Shown here piece after piece: positions 25,780-35,813 of a DNA stretch of 50,361 bases (positions are counted from its first letter, which is position 1; every line of letters starts with the position of its first letter). Below the pieces are notes generated by a model, which saw only the letters and a list, made by a program, of their open reading frames with translations, did not search any database and was not told the DNA's origin. The DNA is taken from the IMG/VR virus record IMGVR_UViG_3300009506_000050, positions 1 through 50,361 of that record; one strand, 5' to 3'. The position numbers and the translations under genes were made by a program. The DNA is from a virus (lineage: Duplodnaviria > Caudoviricetes).

Positions 25780-27014
25780 GGTTCGATTATCTCCCCTTTT
25801 GTATAGACTTGAGGCGGGATAATATTCAATGTGGCTGTCTTTTCGTTTTTGGTTTCTTCGAATTCGACTGAGCGAATAAGGAAATCAAAACCCTTCGGGA
25901 CATGGATTGAAGGGCTGATAACCGTTATTTTCTGGTTAGGCTTCCATATCTTGCCGGTGCGAGGATTCAGCCAGCCCACAACCGGGACAGGGATGGTAAG
26001 GGCATCTGCAAGGGTTTTATTGCGCTCCCATCTTGCTGCGGTTTCTATTTCTCCGGCCACGGATTTTTCAACCCTGAATGTCTTTATCCTCGACCGGGGG
26101 ACGCGGTTATCCTTGGATATGCCTTCGTTATTCCCGAATGGGGTCGTGTTGATCGCCCTGTAAGTATTGAAACGCTCCCTTCCATTGAATTCGGCCTTAA
26201 AATCCCTTACCAGGGGACTTCCCTCTTCTATTGTAGCTATTGATGCGCCTCTTACATTCGCGCTTGTAAAAAGGAGATTTCCTTCGGGCGTCGATGATAT
26301 CAGGATTCCCCTTTCCTTTGCAAGCTTCTTTAGATGGTCGAAGATGGTATCGGATTCATTCGCAGTTACCCGGTCGAACACCCCGCCGGGCGGAGTATCG
26401 AATACCGCCTTTATCCCGTGGGGCCTGACAAGTTTTTCGGCCCGCTGCTGGAGAGTGACGCTGTTTTCCTCATATGGGGGCCGCAAGGTAGAATCTATCA
26501 GGTCAGCGGTCCGGGACCATCCGGCGAGCTCCTTTATCGTACCTTCGCCACTAAGGGAAGACGCCACATTGTAAAGATATCCGGAAATGAGAAGTTCCCC
26601 TCCGATATAGACTTTTGCGGGCGGATACGCATAGGGCAACAGCCTGGAGTCAAGGGCTGGATCTTCGCCGGGGTTCCATTGAAGGCTTGCGGTCCATCCG
26701 TCCGAGGCGGTATCCATTGTAAGCATTACTCTGGACGAATATGATCTTATTTCGAGGCCGTCAATAACAATCGAAAGCTCGTCTGCATCTTTTCTTGCAA
26801 GCGGCCTATCCTGTGCCTTCAGTTCGGGGATATCGGGAATAAAGACGATCTCGCCCGGATAAATCAGATCGGGGTTGCCGGAGCGGAGGCGGGACTGATT
26901 GGCCCTCCATATTATCGGCCAATAACCCGCACTACCATAGGCCCGCCTCGATACCTGTGATAAGGTATCTTCGTCCTGAATGGCATACTGCTTTCCCGGG
27001 ATAGGCCTAGACAT
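25770..27014 (-). CDS. Baseplate hub (Mu gpP/gp44-like) with N-terminal LysM
   Basis: DTLSQVS..AYG....W..IW.AN...NPDLIYPG LysM; G.SRTADLIDS; ERF..Y. Confidence 0.85.
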   Translation of the reverse strand: MSRPIPGKQYAIQDEDTLSQVSRRAYGSAGYWPIIWRANQSRLRSGNPDLIYPGEIVFIPDIPELKAQDRPLARKDADELSIVIDGLEIRSYSSRVMLTMDTASDGWTASLQWNPGEDPALDSRLLPYAYPPAKVYIGGELLISGYLYNVASSLSGEGTIKELAGWSRTADLIDSTLRPPYEENSVTLQQRAEKLVRPHGIKAVFDTPPGGVFDRVTANESDTIFDHLKKLAKERGILISSTPEGNLLFTSANVRGASIATIEEGSPLVRDFKAEFNGRERFNTYRAINTTPFGNNEGISKDNRVPRSRIKTFRVEKSVAGEIETAARWERNKTLADALTIPVPVVGWLNPRTGKIWKPNQKITVISPSIHVPKGFDFLIRSVEFEETKNEKTATLNIIPPQVYTKGEIIEPWA

Positions 27015-28275
27015 AAACGACGATCTCCCTTCCCCTCGGCATTATCAGGTACTCGTCGCCCTGGATAAGATTTGAATCCAGAAACAGATCCAGATTCGAA
27101 TCATTTTCCCCGAGGTCTCCATATTCCTCGATTGTGACCATGACTGGATTGCGGTCCCTGTCAAGCGTGAACCGTTTTTCCGTCTTGAGATCGAAGATGG
27201 AACGCAGGAGATAAGTTATCGTAAGTGCGACAAGGATAGAAGTAACCCCATGTGTCTGTGACTGGGAAAAGTATTGTTTGTCTATTGACTGATCTTCAAA
27301 AAGCTCCTGTGTAGCGTCCAGGGTATCTATTATCCCCATGTAGCGGTCCAGATTGGTCTCTATGACTTCCACGGCTTCCGCCCTTGATAACAGGTCTCCA
27401 GTGCTGGAAATCTCTGTTATGGATGTCATGGCCGCTATCAGGGCAAGTTCCTGGATCGCCACACGGTTATATGCAGGAGTCCCCGGAGCCTCGGGCGTCA
27501 GGGAAAAGGATATCCCATCAATAAAGTTTCCATAAGCGTCAAGCCGTGTTTGCACATCCTGAATCGCCCTGGCCGGCAACTGTATAAGCTGCTGAAGCTG
27601 GCCGGCAACGGCTATGACATCCAGAGGGACCACTTCAAGGACGGCATTTATATCCCGCTTGATGGCCTCGATCGCAGAGGTTATTGTCGCGGATATCGCG
27701 GAAATGCCCTGGAGAAATGATTCGACATTCGAGACCACATTGGAAACGGCATCCCGGAATTCGGCTATATCAGCCGCAATCGCCTGAAATGCAGATTGCT
27801 CAAGCTGATTCGTGGCCGTCTCGTTTACGGTTTCCGCCTGCGTTGCCACATTCGATTGGGCTTCGGGGGCGGACGGCGGGATCGCCGAAGGGTCCAGGGG
27901 TTCTATCCATTCGGTGTCAACAGTGGTCACGTTTCCGGAAGATATGGGCTGGTCGTTCATGGCAAAAGACAAGGGCTGAAGCTTTTTCAGTCCATGCACC
28001 GGATGAATCACTTCCCATACGCCGCGCTCGGATAATGCCTTGAAAAACCTGTCCGATTCCAGGTCGTTGTCCGGACCTTCGAAAATAAGCGTAAGGGTAT
28101 AGGCGGTGGACGATGTTCCGAGATCCTGCACGATCGAGCCGTCAACGCCGGGAAAATCGAAGACGCCTATTTTTTTCGGTTTCGACCGGGGATCTCCTAT
28201 CCATCGGGGAGTAAAGACTTTCCCCTCAGGCGAAGTAAGTTGTATATTTTCCCGCAGGCGCTCCCTGTATGACAT
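27007..28275 (-). CDS. DNA circularization protein (Mu gpN-like)
   Basis: FPG.D...VQDLG, L.E.G....IHPVHG; follows the tape measure gene. Confidence 0.8.
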   Translation of the reverse strand: MSYRERLRENIQLTSPEGKVFTPRWIGDPRSKPKKIGVFDFPGVDGSIVQDLGTSSTAYTLTLIFEGPDNDLESDRFFKALSERGVWEVIHPVHGLKKLQPLSFAMNDQPISSGNVTTVDTEWIEPLDPSAIPPSAPEAQSNVATQAETVNETATNQLEQSAFQAIAADIAEFRDAVSNVVSNVESFLQGISAISATITSAIEAIKRDINAVLEVVPLDVIAVAGQLQQLIQLPARAIQDVQTRLDAYGNFIDGISFSLTPEAPGTPAYNRVAIQELALIAAMTSITEISSTGDLLSRAEAVEVIETNLDRYMGIIDTLDATQELFEDQSIDKQYFSQSQTHGVTSILVALTITYLLRSIFDLKTEKRFTLDRDRNPVMVTIEEYGDLGENDSNLDLFLDSNLIQGDEYLIMPRGREIVVYV

Positions 28276-30101
28276 TATGCCCCCATGTAATCCATGTTGA
28301 TCTCGGGAGCTCCTGCCGTGGCTTCGGCGGTTGTGCCCGGTGGAGCCTTGATATTCACGCCCACATTAGTTTTTACATTCACGCCCTGCCTGGCGGCGGC
28401 TTCCGCCTGATTGGGGGCCTCCCTTTTTGCCGGTTCCGCCCTACCCTCCGCCTTGGCCTGAAGATTGGCTTGGAATGTCTCTATTGATTGTATGGCCTTG
28501 TCGATGCCGGACACATCCCGCCCGAAGAAAGCCCCGACTTTCCTGAATCCTGTCAGGATACCTTTTATGAGTCCTCCCCATGTTGTCGCCAGGACGGAAA
28601 TCCATTTGAAGAAAAGCTTTTTCACGGCTTTAAACATTATCTGCCAGCCGAGCTTTATTTCATCCCACCAGTTGATTATGAAATTGGCAAGCAATGCAAG
28701 GCCGACGATAATGGCCGTTACCGGATTTGTTAAGGCAACTATCTTCTGGGCTATTGCGACAAGCTTCATGACACCTGCATATGCGGTCCATGCCCCTATC
28801 AGAATGGCTATTGTGGGGGCCAGCGGCTTTATGACTTCCCAGAGGTTCCTGAATATATCAACCGCCATCCCTATCCCGAAGATAATGGGCTCGGGATCGA
28901 ATTTTCTTATTGATTCTGTCAAGGCATCTATGGCGGCTTTCCCGTTCACTTCAAATGCTTCGACTACCTTGAATCCGAATTCAGTCGCCGCGCTCGCAAG
29001 GGTTTTCAGTCGGTTCCCTATAGACTGCCTCAACCGCTCCGAAGTCTTCTCGGCGGTGCCTGCGGCGTTATTCAGAATGTCCTCGAATTTATCTATACCC
29101 TCGAGCGATTCAATAAGATTCTTGGCCCCGGCAATTGCCCTCTTGCCAAAAAGGGCATTGAGAACCTTTGCCTGTTTCACCTCTCCGACTCCCCTTAACC
29201 CCCTCTGTACTTCCCCGAGAATGGCGGTTATCTTTTTCATATTGCCGGTCCCGTCATCCGTGGTTATATTGAGATAGTCAAGGGCATCCTGGACTTCTCC
29301 TGTAGGGGCCGCAAGCCTTAACATGGCATTTTTCAATGCCGTGGCCCCATCCGTGCCCTTGATACCGGCATTTCCGAGGGCGGCGGTAAGGGCGGCGGTT
29401 TCCTCAAGGGATGCGCCGACAATCCTTGAAACCGGCCCTGCTGTCTTCATGGTCTCGAACATGCTCTCGACGGTGACGTTCGCGCTATTGGCTGTTTTAA
29501 CCAGCACATCATTAAGCCGGTTGAGATTCTTTATTTTCTGGGCTGTGTTTTCCACGTTGAGTCCGAAAGAGCCGAGAAGATCCGAGCTCCAATCCGCCAC
29601 GCTGGCGAAATCCTCCCCGCTGGCAGTGGCAAGATTTATCATGGAATCAAGACTTCCCATGGCCTCGCTGGAAGTAAATCCCGCCCTTGCCAGGAAGTCC
29701 AGGGCCGCAGCGGACTGGGCGGCTGTGTATTCCGTGGTGGCCCCGGCCTCGCGGGCCCTGTCGCGTATCTTGGCAAGCTGTGCTTCAAAATCTGCTGCCT
29801 CAGGCCCTATGTCTTTGAATCTGGCAGTGGCCCCGATGGCGGCCTGATCGAAATCTATGAATTGGCCTGTTACGGAACCTATGCCGCGGGAAAGCTGGCC
29901 GAGGCCTTTTGATACGGCCCCGGCCACTAGAATGCTTTTTGTAACATCCCGGAAGCGGGAGGCGGCTTTAGTGGCATCGCGAAAATTCTTTTTGGCTGTA
30001 CGCCCGAAACGCAAGGCGCCCTTTTCCATGTCCCTGAAGGACTTGGTTACTTTGTCCTTTGCGCGAAACGATGTAAAAACGGAAAAGTCAGCCATTATCA
30101 A
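28275..30101 (-). CDS. Tail tape measure protein (TP901 family)
   Basis: ARE.GATTEYTA.Q.A..L.FLARAGF, GIKG..GAT.L; hydrophobic C-terminal repeats. Confidence 0.92.
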   Translation of the reverse strand: MIMADFSVFTSFRAKDKVTKSFRDMEKGALRFGRTAKKNFRDATKAASRFRDVTKSILVAGAVSKGLGQLSRGIGSVTGQFIDFDQAAIGATARFKDIGPEAADFEAQLAKIRDRAREAGATTEYTAAQSAAALDFLARAGFTSSEAMGSLDSMINLATASGEDFASVADWSSDLLGSFGLNVENTAQKIKNLNRLNDVLVKTANSANVTVESMFETMKTAGPVSRIVGASLEETAALTAALGNAGIKGTDGATALKNAMLRLAAPTGEVQDALDYLNITTDDGTGNMKKITAILGEVQRGLRGVGEVKQAKVLNALFGKRAIAGAKNLIESLEGIDKFEDILNNAAGTAEKTSERLRQSIGNRLKTLASAATEFGFKVVEAFEVNGKAAIDALTESIRKFDPEPIIFGIGMAVDIFRNLWEVIKPLAPTIAILIGAWTAYAGVMKLVAIAQKIVALTNPVTAIIVGLALLANFIINWWDEIKLGWQIMFKAVKKLFFKWISVLATTWGGLIKGILTGFRKVGAFFGRDVSGIDKAIQSIETFQANLQAKAEGRAEPAKREAPNQAEAAARQGVNVKTNVGVNIKAPPGTTAEATAGAPEINMDYMGA

Positions 30102-30283
30102 CTCCGCTTGCCTTTGGCGTTTTCGGCTTCCCTGATCTCGGCCCGCTCCATGAGCTTATGCCATCCATCAAAATACCTGAGATCGTCATAGTCAGCCGCC
30201 CTGATCTCGGACATGGGCTGTCCACGATAGAACATATTGCCCATGAACTGATCCATTCTGGGTGCTACACAACTATAAAAAGC
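30098..30283 (-). CDS. Tail assembly chaperone T segment (probable -1 frameshift extension)
   Basis: -1 frame open across the end of the G gene; GCTTTTTA at 30283-30276. Confidence 0.6.
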   Translation of the reverse strand, partial: AFYSCVAPRMDQFMGNMFYRGQPMSEIRAADYDDLRYFDGWHKLMERAEIREAENAKGKRS

Positions 30284-30672
30284 TGGCCTAACCTCTGGAA
30301 GATGGATATATCCACCGGATCGAGCTTCATCAGGGCTGAGGCTGGCACGCTGCCGAGGGCGCCCATGAAGGCGCAATCCTTTTCAAAGCCTCCCTTGGCC
30401 TTGTCACGCTCCTTCATCGCGAATCCGGTAACTCTCTTGTAGATGATGGAAGTGGTCTCTCCCTTAGGATGGACAAGGTTATGCTGGACCTCCCCATTGT
30501 CGAGTATCTCGACATGGCCCGCCCTTATGGCCCTGACAAGGCGGTTAATGACTGTTGCGACCCACTCAGGACCGTTCTCGATAGCGAGATCGTTTTTGTC
30601 AATATCGTATGAGTCCAGGAGTTTCTGCATCTGATCCCGTGCGGCTTCCTCTGACAGCTTGAATTCTGGCAT
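30265..30672 (-). CDS. Tail assembly chaperone G
   Basis: Between tube and tape measure; C-terminal KLDPVD motif; SD AGGAG. Confidence 0.75.
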   Translation of the reverse strand: MPEFKLSEEAARDQMQKLLDSYDIDKNDLAIENGPEWVATVINRLVRAIRAGHVEILDNGEVQHNLVHPKGETTSIIYKRVTGFAMKERDKAKGGFEKDCAFMGALGSVPASALMKLDPVDISIFQRLGQLFIVV

Positions 30673-30704
30673 CCTTTAAGTCTCCTTTCGATTGTTTGTG
30701 ATAA

Positions 30705-30807
30705 GCGATGGCCCGATACGGCGGGAATACGGGCGGCCAGGTTCACTAACGAGGGGAAAGGTACCCCCGCCCGCCATTCGCCCCGAGACACTGGCCATTA
30801 TCATCGC
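30705..30807 (-). other. GC-rich structured intergenic element
   Basis: GCGATG/CATCGC closing stem with several nested or alternative stems. Confidence 0.4.
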
Positions 30808-30820
30808 ATATCGTCTTTGT

Positions 30821-31192
30821 TTATGCTGCAAAAAGCTCCCATTCTCCCGAAGACGGGATCATGGTCACTTCGACGCTGTGCTCTTCGCTCTCGTAATTGT
30901 CAAGGCTGATTGTCCCGTCGGATCTCCAAACGGACCCATCGGCCATCTCGTAAGACATGGGAAAGTTGTCAAGCCTGTCCGAGAGCCCTTCGAGAATTTC
31001 GTATTCCGCCGGGGTGCATAGGAGCTTGACTCCCTCCACGTTGGACGCCGCCCGCGTCACCTTGACGCTGTTGCCGCCGCTGTGCGGCACGGCTTCCTTC
31101 TCGAGCTTCGGGGTCCGGGCGAAATTGGCATCCGCGGCTGCCTTGAAGGAAAGTCCGTCAATCAGAACTTTTCTGATACTTCCAGATCTCAT
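30821..31192 (-). CDS. Tail tube protein (Mu-like)
   Basis: 123 aa directly after the sheath; E.ADG.VW; SD GGAGG. Confidence 0.8.
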   Translation of the reverse strand: MRSGSIRKVLIDGLSFKAAADANFARTPKLEKEAVPHSGGNSVKVTRAASNVEGVKLLCTPAEYEILEGLSDRLDNFPMSYEMADGSVWRSDGTISLDNYESEEHSVEVTMIPSSGEWELFAA

Positions 31193-31206
31193 GTTTTAAA
31201 CCTCCC

Positions 31207-32769
31207 TTACTGTAGTACCGCGAAGCTGGTATCGAATTCTATCATGGCATCCACGATATTGCCGACACCGGAAAGGATTATCTTCGTGGTTATGGTGAAG
31301 CCGTCTCCGCCCGACCTTACCGATACGCTTCCGGCTTCCTTGAGGGCATCGATGGAATACTGGGCATCAGCAATCCAGGCCTTGCCCTCGAATGCCCTGT
31401 AAAGGGCGACAAGATCGTCCTTTACGGAATCCACGTCCCGGGCCTTGGTCCTGTCAACCGTGCTCGTGACTTTCGTAACGTCATTGACTATGGCGATGCC
31501 CTGCCATTTTTCCTGCTCGAAATTCACGCGCATGGTATTCGTAATGTTCTGGAGCTTGCTGATATTGACCATCTCGCGATAGCCATTGCTGTCCACCGAA
31601 ACGCTGTCGGGCCTGTAGAATGTTACGACATTCTGAAGATACACATTCCCGGATTTCACGCGGGTGGGGCTGATTCCTCCCTTTACGGCGGTATCGCGGT
31701 TATCGTAATCGCTGGTCCAGCGGTCGGCCTTCGTGCCCGGCCAGATGCCTTCGAGCATGATATCCACATAATGCTGCGCGGCCCTCTCCTGGTTTATGCG
31801 GGCCATATGGCCTATGGCCAGGGCCGCTATCTCCGAAGGATGGCTTTCGCTGTCGGGGACAACGACAACACCGTTTGCCCTGTCCGTCTTGCGGGCATCC
31901 GCAATAGCCTGAAGGGCGATAAGCCCCGCGCTGCCGGCGGTAACATCGCCCGTGAGGGCCCTGAAAGGCCGCGAGACCGTCTTTGCGTAAAGGCCGGTGG
32001 TGTCATTGCCTGCTCCGACATAAGTGCTTATGACGTTAAGCACAGTGGCGTCAACGCCATATCCATGAACAACATCCGTGAAGTAAGCCTCGTTTGCGTC
32101 ATCCCCGGTCCCGAGGCCATCCAGGGCGGTGGAGATGTCTGGATTCGTCGCCCCGCTGGCCATGTCCGTAATGGCCACTGTCACGCCAGTGGGCAAGGAC
32201 TGGTTGACGTCCAGATTGAAGGCGATGGAAATATTGTTTCCCTCGGGGCCCTTTGACTTTGCGGTCACATCCACCTGCGAGGTCGTGACACCGTTAACCA
32301 CCGCCGTGACGGGGAGCTCCTTGATAGCGTTTATGGCCGCCACGGTATTTGTGGCAAGGTTATCGGCGGTATCGCCATCCGAGACGGCCACTGTCACGAG
32401 AAGCCCCGCTATGTAGAGATAAAGGGTGCCCGCGAGGACTCCGTCGGATCCGGCGAAATCGAAATCCCCGGTAGCCGCCACGGCCCCACCCGCCTCGCTC
32501 TGAGGCTGGACATATACAGGTACGCCCCGGCCCCCCTCGAAAGCCCTTACCGCAAGGCGATGGACCATGAAGCCGAAACCGAACTGGTCTCCGGCGTCTT
32601 CCGCGCTGAGTACCTGGACGGGAACCTCATCGACAACTGCCGTCTTCAGAGGGTCGTATGTCCCGATAATGAGAATCTTTCTCGGCAGGGTCTCGGCGGC
32701 GGGCTGGAACTGTACGTTCTTGACGCCCACGCCGACCGCCGCTGCCCTTGATGTGCTGTCTAGTGGCAT
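31207..32769 (-). CDS. Contractile tail sheath protein (Mu gpL-like)
   Basis: KILIIG, A..QFG.G, TAKSKG..GN, M.SGA.NPDI..AL, GISP, VT.Y. Confidence 0.92.
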   Translation of the reverse strand: MPLDSTSRAAAVGVGVKNVQFQPAAETLPRKILIIGTYDPLKTAVVDEVPVQVLSAEDAGDQFGFGFMVHRLAVRAFEGGRGVPVYVQPQSEAGGAVAATGDFDFAGSDGVLAGTLYLYIAGLLVTVAVSDGDTADNLATNTVAAINAIKELPVTAVVNGVTTSQVDVTAKSKGPEGNNISIAFNLDVNQSLPTGVTVAITDMASGATNPDISTALDGLGTGDDANEAYFTDVVHGYGVDATVLNVISTYVGAGNDTTGLYAKTVSRPFRALTGDVTAGSAGLIALQAIADARKTDRANGVVVVPDSESHPSEIAALAIGHMARINQERAAQHYVDIMLEGIWPGTKADRWTSDYDNRDTAVKGGISPTRVKSGNVYLQNVVTFYRPDSVSVDSNGYREMVNISKLQNITNTMRVNFEQEKWQGIAIVNDVTKVTSTVDRTKARDVDSVKDDLVALYRAFEGKAWIADAQYSIDALKEAGSVSVRSGGDGFTITTKIILSGVGNIVDAMIEFDTSFAVLQ

Positions 32770-32782
32770 TGTGAATCCCTCC

Positions 32783-33442
32783 CTATGGCGTTGTAACCTG
32801 AACGCCGGTTTTTTCTACATCATCGCCAACAAGATCAATGTTGGCATCAAATACCTTATTGCCGAACGCCCGAAGGTCTTCACCTGTTATGGTTTCTTCT
32901 ATACGGCATGTCAGGCGCATTGAAGCCGTTATGACAAGGAATTCCCCATCGGGCTCCGGCGAATCCTTGCGTATCTGGTCTACCCATCGCCCGGCAACCA
33001 GTTTCAGGTTAGGCCTGTCTGCGGGGGGATTCAACCCGAACTGCTCATTTCGGGCATCCATGAGGACTTGATAGACAACATCAATAAGATCGTCCATCTG
33101 GCGGTCCCCTTCCGCTCCCGCCTCCGATAACTGCCTCAGGGCTTTAGCCTTTTCGTTTTCCGTCGCGGTTTCGCTTGTCAGAGTGGACAGGTCCACCATG
33201 GCCGGAGTCGCGACGGCAAGCTCGATCAGGAATGTGGTTTCATGACTCACATCCCCATAAGACTGCCCGTGCGATTTGGAAAATTCGCCCTCAGAATAGT
33301 ATACCGTGACCTGGCGGTTAGCGTTTATCTTCTCGGCTGAATCCCGGTGCTTCTGGTGCCCTATGGTTATGTAGCGGCCAGATTCCGCAGGCACCAGGAC
33401 ATTATTTATAATGGATGTCTTGAGAAGACGGAAGAGCATCAT
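32783..33442 (-). CDS. Tail terminator/neck protein (by position)
   Basis: Directly before the sheath; ATGA overlap. Confidence 0.55.
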   Translation of the reverse strand: MMLFRLLKTSIINNVLVPAESGRYITIGHQKHRDSAEKINANRQVTVYYSEGEFSKSHGQSYGDVSHETTFLIELAVATPAMVDLSTLTSETATENEKAKALRQLSEAGAEGDRQMDDLIDVVYQVLMDARNEQFGLNPPADRPNLKLVAGRWVDQIRKDSPEPDGEFLVITASMRLTCRIEETITGEDLRAFGNKVFDANIDLVGDDVEKTGVQVTTP

Positions 33443-33852
33443 GTCTGCTGCTCCGCCTTTACCGGGTAAAGCCTGATGAATCCGATGGCGCTTATTTCCG
33501 TTGCCCTGTCAGAAGTAAGGGCGAAATTCTTCATCTCCGCCGTCAGACTGGGTTCCGTGGGAAATCGAATCAGCCAGTTCTCGCCGTCCGCCGGGACGCG
33601 CTCGAGGCTGCTGATGCGAAGGACAACCGTTGGAGCCCCAACGACAAGGGGCTGTCCGGTCTCCGGAGAGAAACGGACAGTGTTCCGGTGGACCTGGCCG
33701 TAAAGCGGGATGGGATTCTGAGGGTCGGGACTATTAGCGGATGTCTTGTATTCCTTGCCGTCCGGCCCTGTCAGTTCGACTGGCAGACCCCAGTTTTCAG
33801 GCCGCTCGAGTGTGACGGCCAGATCCCTTTCCATTTGCTCGCGGAGATTCAC
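33439..33852 (-). CDS. Head-tail joining protein
   Basis: MNLREQ.E.DL..TLE..WG.PV.L.PDG; position. Confidence 0.6.
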   Translation of the reverse strand: MNLREQMERDLAVTLERPENWGLPVELTGPDGKEYKTSANSPDPQNPIPLYGQVHRNTVRFSPETGQPLVVGAPTVVLRISSLERVPADGENWLIRFPTEPSLTAEMKNFALTSDRATEISAIGFIRLYPVKAEQQT

Positions 33853-34097
33853 TTTCCGGAACTGTCCTTGTCATCCTTGCCAGAAGGCGAAGGCTTTGCA
33901 TTGGGCTCGGGAGGGGACGGCTTTTCTTCCGCCCCCTCCACCTCTTTGGCTTTGAGCTTATGGCCTCCGATAATGACGGTTTTGCCGCCCTCCAGGGCCT
34001 TCATGACGCGATCCCTGTCGGCCTTGTTTTTGGGTCCGGGATAAAGGCGCTCAACAGTCGTCCTGACATTATCGGGGACTACATAGACGGCCCCCAT
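33849..34097 (-). CDS. Hypothetical protein
   Basis: Coupled start and stop codons within the operon. Confidence 0.55.
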   Translation of the reverse strand: MGAVYVVPDNVRTTVERLYPGPKNKADRDRVMKALEGGKTVIIGGHKLKAKEVEGAEEKPSPPEPNAKPSPSGKDDKDSSGK

Positions 34098-34561
34098 TAC
34101 TGCCCACCCCCGGGCTTCGTGAGCTCTTCGACCTGCGCCTCAAGCTCCTTTATCCGGGCTTCCCGTATCTCGATGATATCGTCAAGACTCTTGATCTCGG
34201 CCTCGAGTTCGCCTACACGCTCCACGGCCTCTTCGCCGGCCTTTTTAAGCCCGTCGATCTCGGCCTGTTTCTTGGGGCATTCCTTGCAGGATGCCTTGCC
34301 CTTGCTGGACTTTAAAGAGGTGCGAAGGCTGGCGATCTCGGCCTCGAGCTCTTTGATACGAGCCTTGTCCTTGTTTCCGGAAGACGCCGCCGTCACCTTG
34401 ATGGGTGCATTCCCGATTAGGCCTTCCGCCTCCCATTTCTCGCGTGTCTTTTTGGGGACACGCTCGATGGGTATCTCATCGCCGGTTTTGAATTTGTCTC
34501 CGCCGATGAGACAAACGCCCTTGCCTAGCCAGAAAGTCGCTTCATGCGTTGACATTATCAA
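34097..34561 (-). CDS. Coiled-coil protein after the capsid gene
   Basis: Repeated (I)KELEAEI heptads; SD GGGAGG. Confidence 0.65.
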   Translation of the reverse strand: MIMSTHEATFWLGKGVCLIGGDKFKTGDEIPIERVPKKTREKWEAEGLIGNAPIKVTAASSGNKDKARIKELEAEIASLRTSLKSSKGKASCKECPKKQAEIDGLKKAGEEAVERVGELEAEIKSLDDIIEIREARIKELEAQVEELTKPGGGQ

Positions 34562-34572
34562 GTCCTCCCTTT

Positions 34573-35799
34573 CTAGGTATGCAGACCCTGCAGCACGACA
34601 AATGCGTCGGTCTGCGTGGTCGGGAATATCGGGGCGCTCTGCGTCCTGAGGACAACAGATTTCTTGTCCGGCGACCTGTAGGCATCAGAGTAGAACATCC
34701 TGGCGTCCACCACGGCGGTGTTCTGGACCTTCGGCGGCATGGGCTGTGCGGTCATGCTGAAGCCGAACAGATCCTGGTAAAGCGCGATCTCGTCAGCCGT
34801 GACAGGAAGCCTATCGGGCGGCCCGAAATAGCGGTCACACCGCGCCTTGGGATGGAAAATAAGGGCCTTGTCCGTGGGCATCCAGGGCGTCTCCACATCA
34901 GAACCGGGAGTCGTGAAATCGTCCGTGAAGGTTATGTCATAAGTGAATATCCATACCTTGCGGCCCTTCGGGGTCTCAAGATATCCCCTCGCCTGGAAGC
35001 CGTTGTCCCTGTACTTCCTGAAATCGGTCGGAAGCTCAGTGATTGTGCCTCCGAGGGCGACAAACTGGAATCGCCTGTTATCGGCATCCGACTGTATGGC
35101 ACTATCGGCCTTGAAGTCAGCAAAGGCGTCCGTGCCCATGAGGATACCATAATCCCCATAAAGGTATGCCTGCTGCTGGATAACGTCAATGCCGGAATCG
35201 ATATCAGCGGCAATTGTCTGACTGCCCGAGTTCCAGGCGTTGGCCACGGTTATGAAGTTGCCGGCATCGCGATAGAAGTCGTATATCAGATCGCTATTGG
35301 TGGTCCCGAGAATGGCCGGATGCTGGCCGGTCAGCAAGGCCTCGCGGCAAAGATACTCCATGAGGCCGATATGCTGATTCATATGCTCGAAGTGTATCTT
35401 CATGGCCTTCATGGCCATCCTGTCTTCACGGGAAGATCTCTGATAAGGATTCTCGCCCGCCACTCTCTCCAGGAGTTCGTCGGAGTTGATGGACCCCGGG
35501 GTTTCTATCAGGGGCCATTTTCTCGCTATGTTCGTATATTTCCCCTCGACCTGAGTTTTCAGGCGGGAAACATCATCACTAGAGGTGCCCCTGTTGACGA
35601 GCCTCGCGAGTCTGCGCCCATTGCGCCTTACAATGTCTATCTCCACCGTCTTGGAATCCGTGCTGAAGACGGTTATGCCTCCTGTCTCGGGCCTTCCGAA
35701 AAACGCGCCCTGGAAGGCGGTCGGTACGACGATGGCCTGTGTCTCGTCGAATTTCTCGACCATCATCCTTGTATACTGGTCAACGGCTACTAGTGCCAT
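34573..35799 (-). CDS. Major capsid protein (lambda gpE family)
   Basis: F...FF....FST.S..VEID..R..R.LA.LV.R, E.L..EALL.G, RTQSAP. Confidence 0.88.
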   Translation of the reverse strand: MALVAVDQYTRMMVEKFDETQAIVVPTAFQGAFFGRPETGGITVFSTDSKTVEIDIVRRNGRRLARLVNRGTSSDDVSRLKTQVEGKYTNIARKWPLIETPGSINSDELLERVAGENPYQRSSREDRMAMKAMKIHFEHMNQHIGLMEYLCREALLTGQHPAILGTTNSDLIYDFYRDAGNFITVANAWNSGSQTIAADIDSGIDVIQQQAYLYGDYGILMGTDAFADFKADSAIQSDADNRRFQFVALGGTITELPTDFRKYRDNGFQARGYLETPKGRKVWIFTYDITFTDDFTTPGSDVETPWMPTDKALIFHPKARCDRYFGPPDRLPVTADEIALYQDLFGFSMTAQPMPPKVQNTAVVDARMFYSDAYRSPDKKSVVLRTQSAPIFPTTQTDAFVVLQGLHT

Positions 35800-35813
35800 G
35801 TTATGAGCCTCCC

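Noticed and set aside
34549-35793. Long antisense ORFs (e.g. 414 aa opposite the capsid; also 28465-29277, 10585-11454, 8230-8892)
   Set aside because: Shadow frames of well-supported genes with GC-rich codon usage; no motifs or SDs
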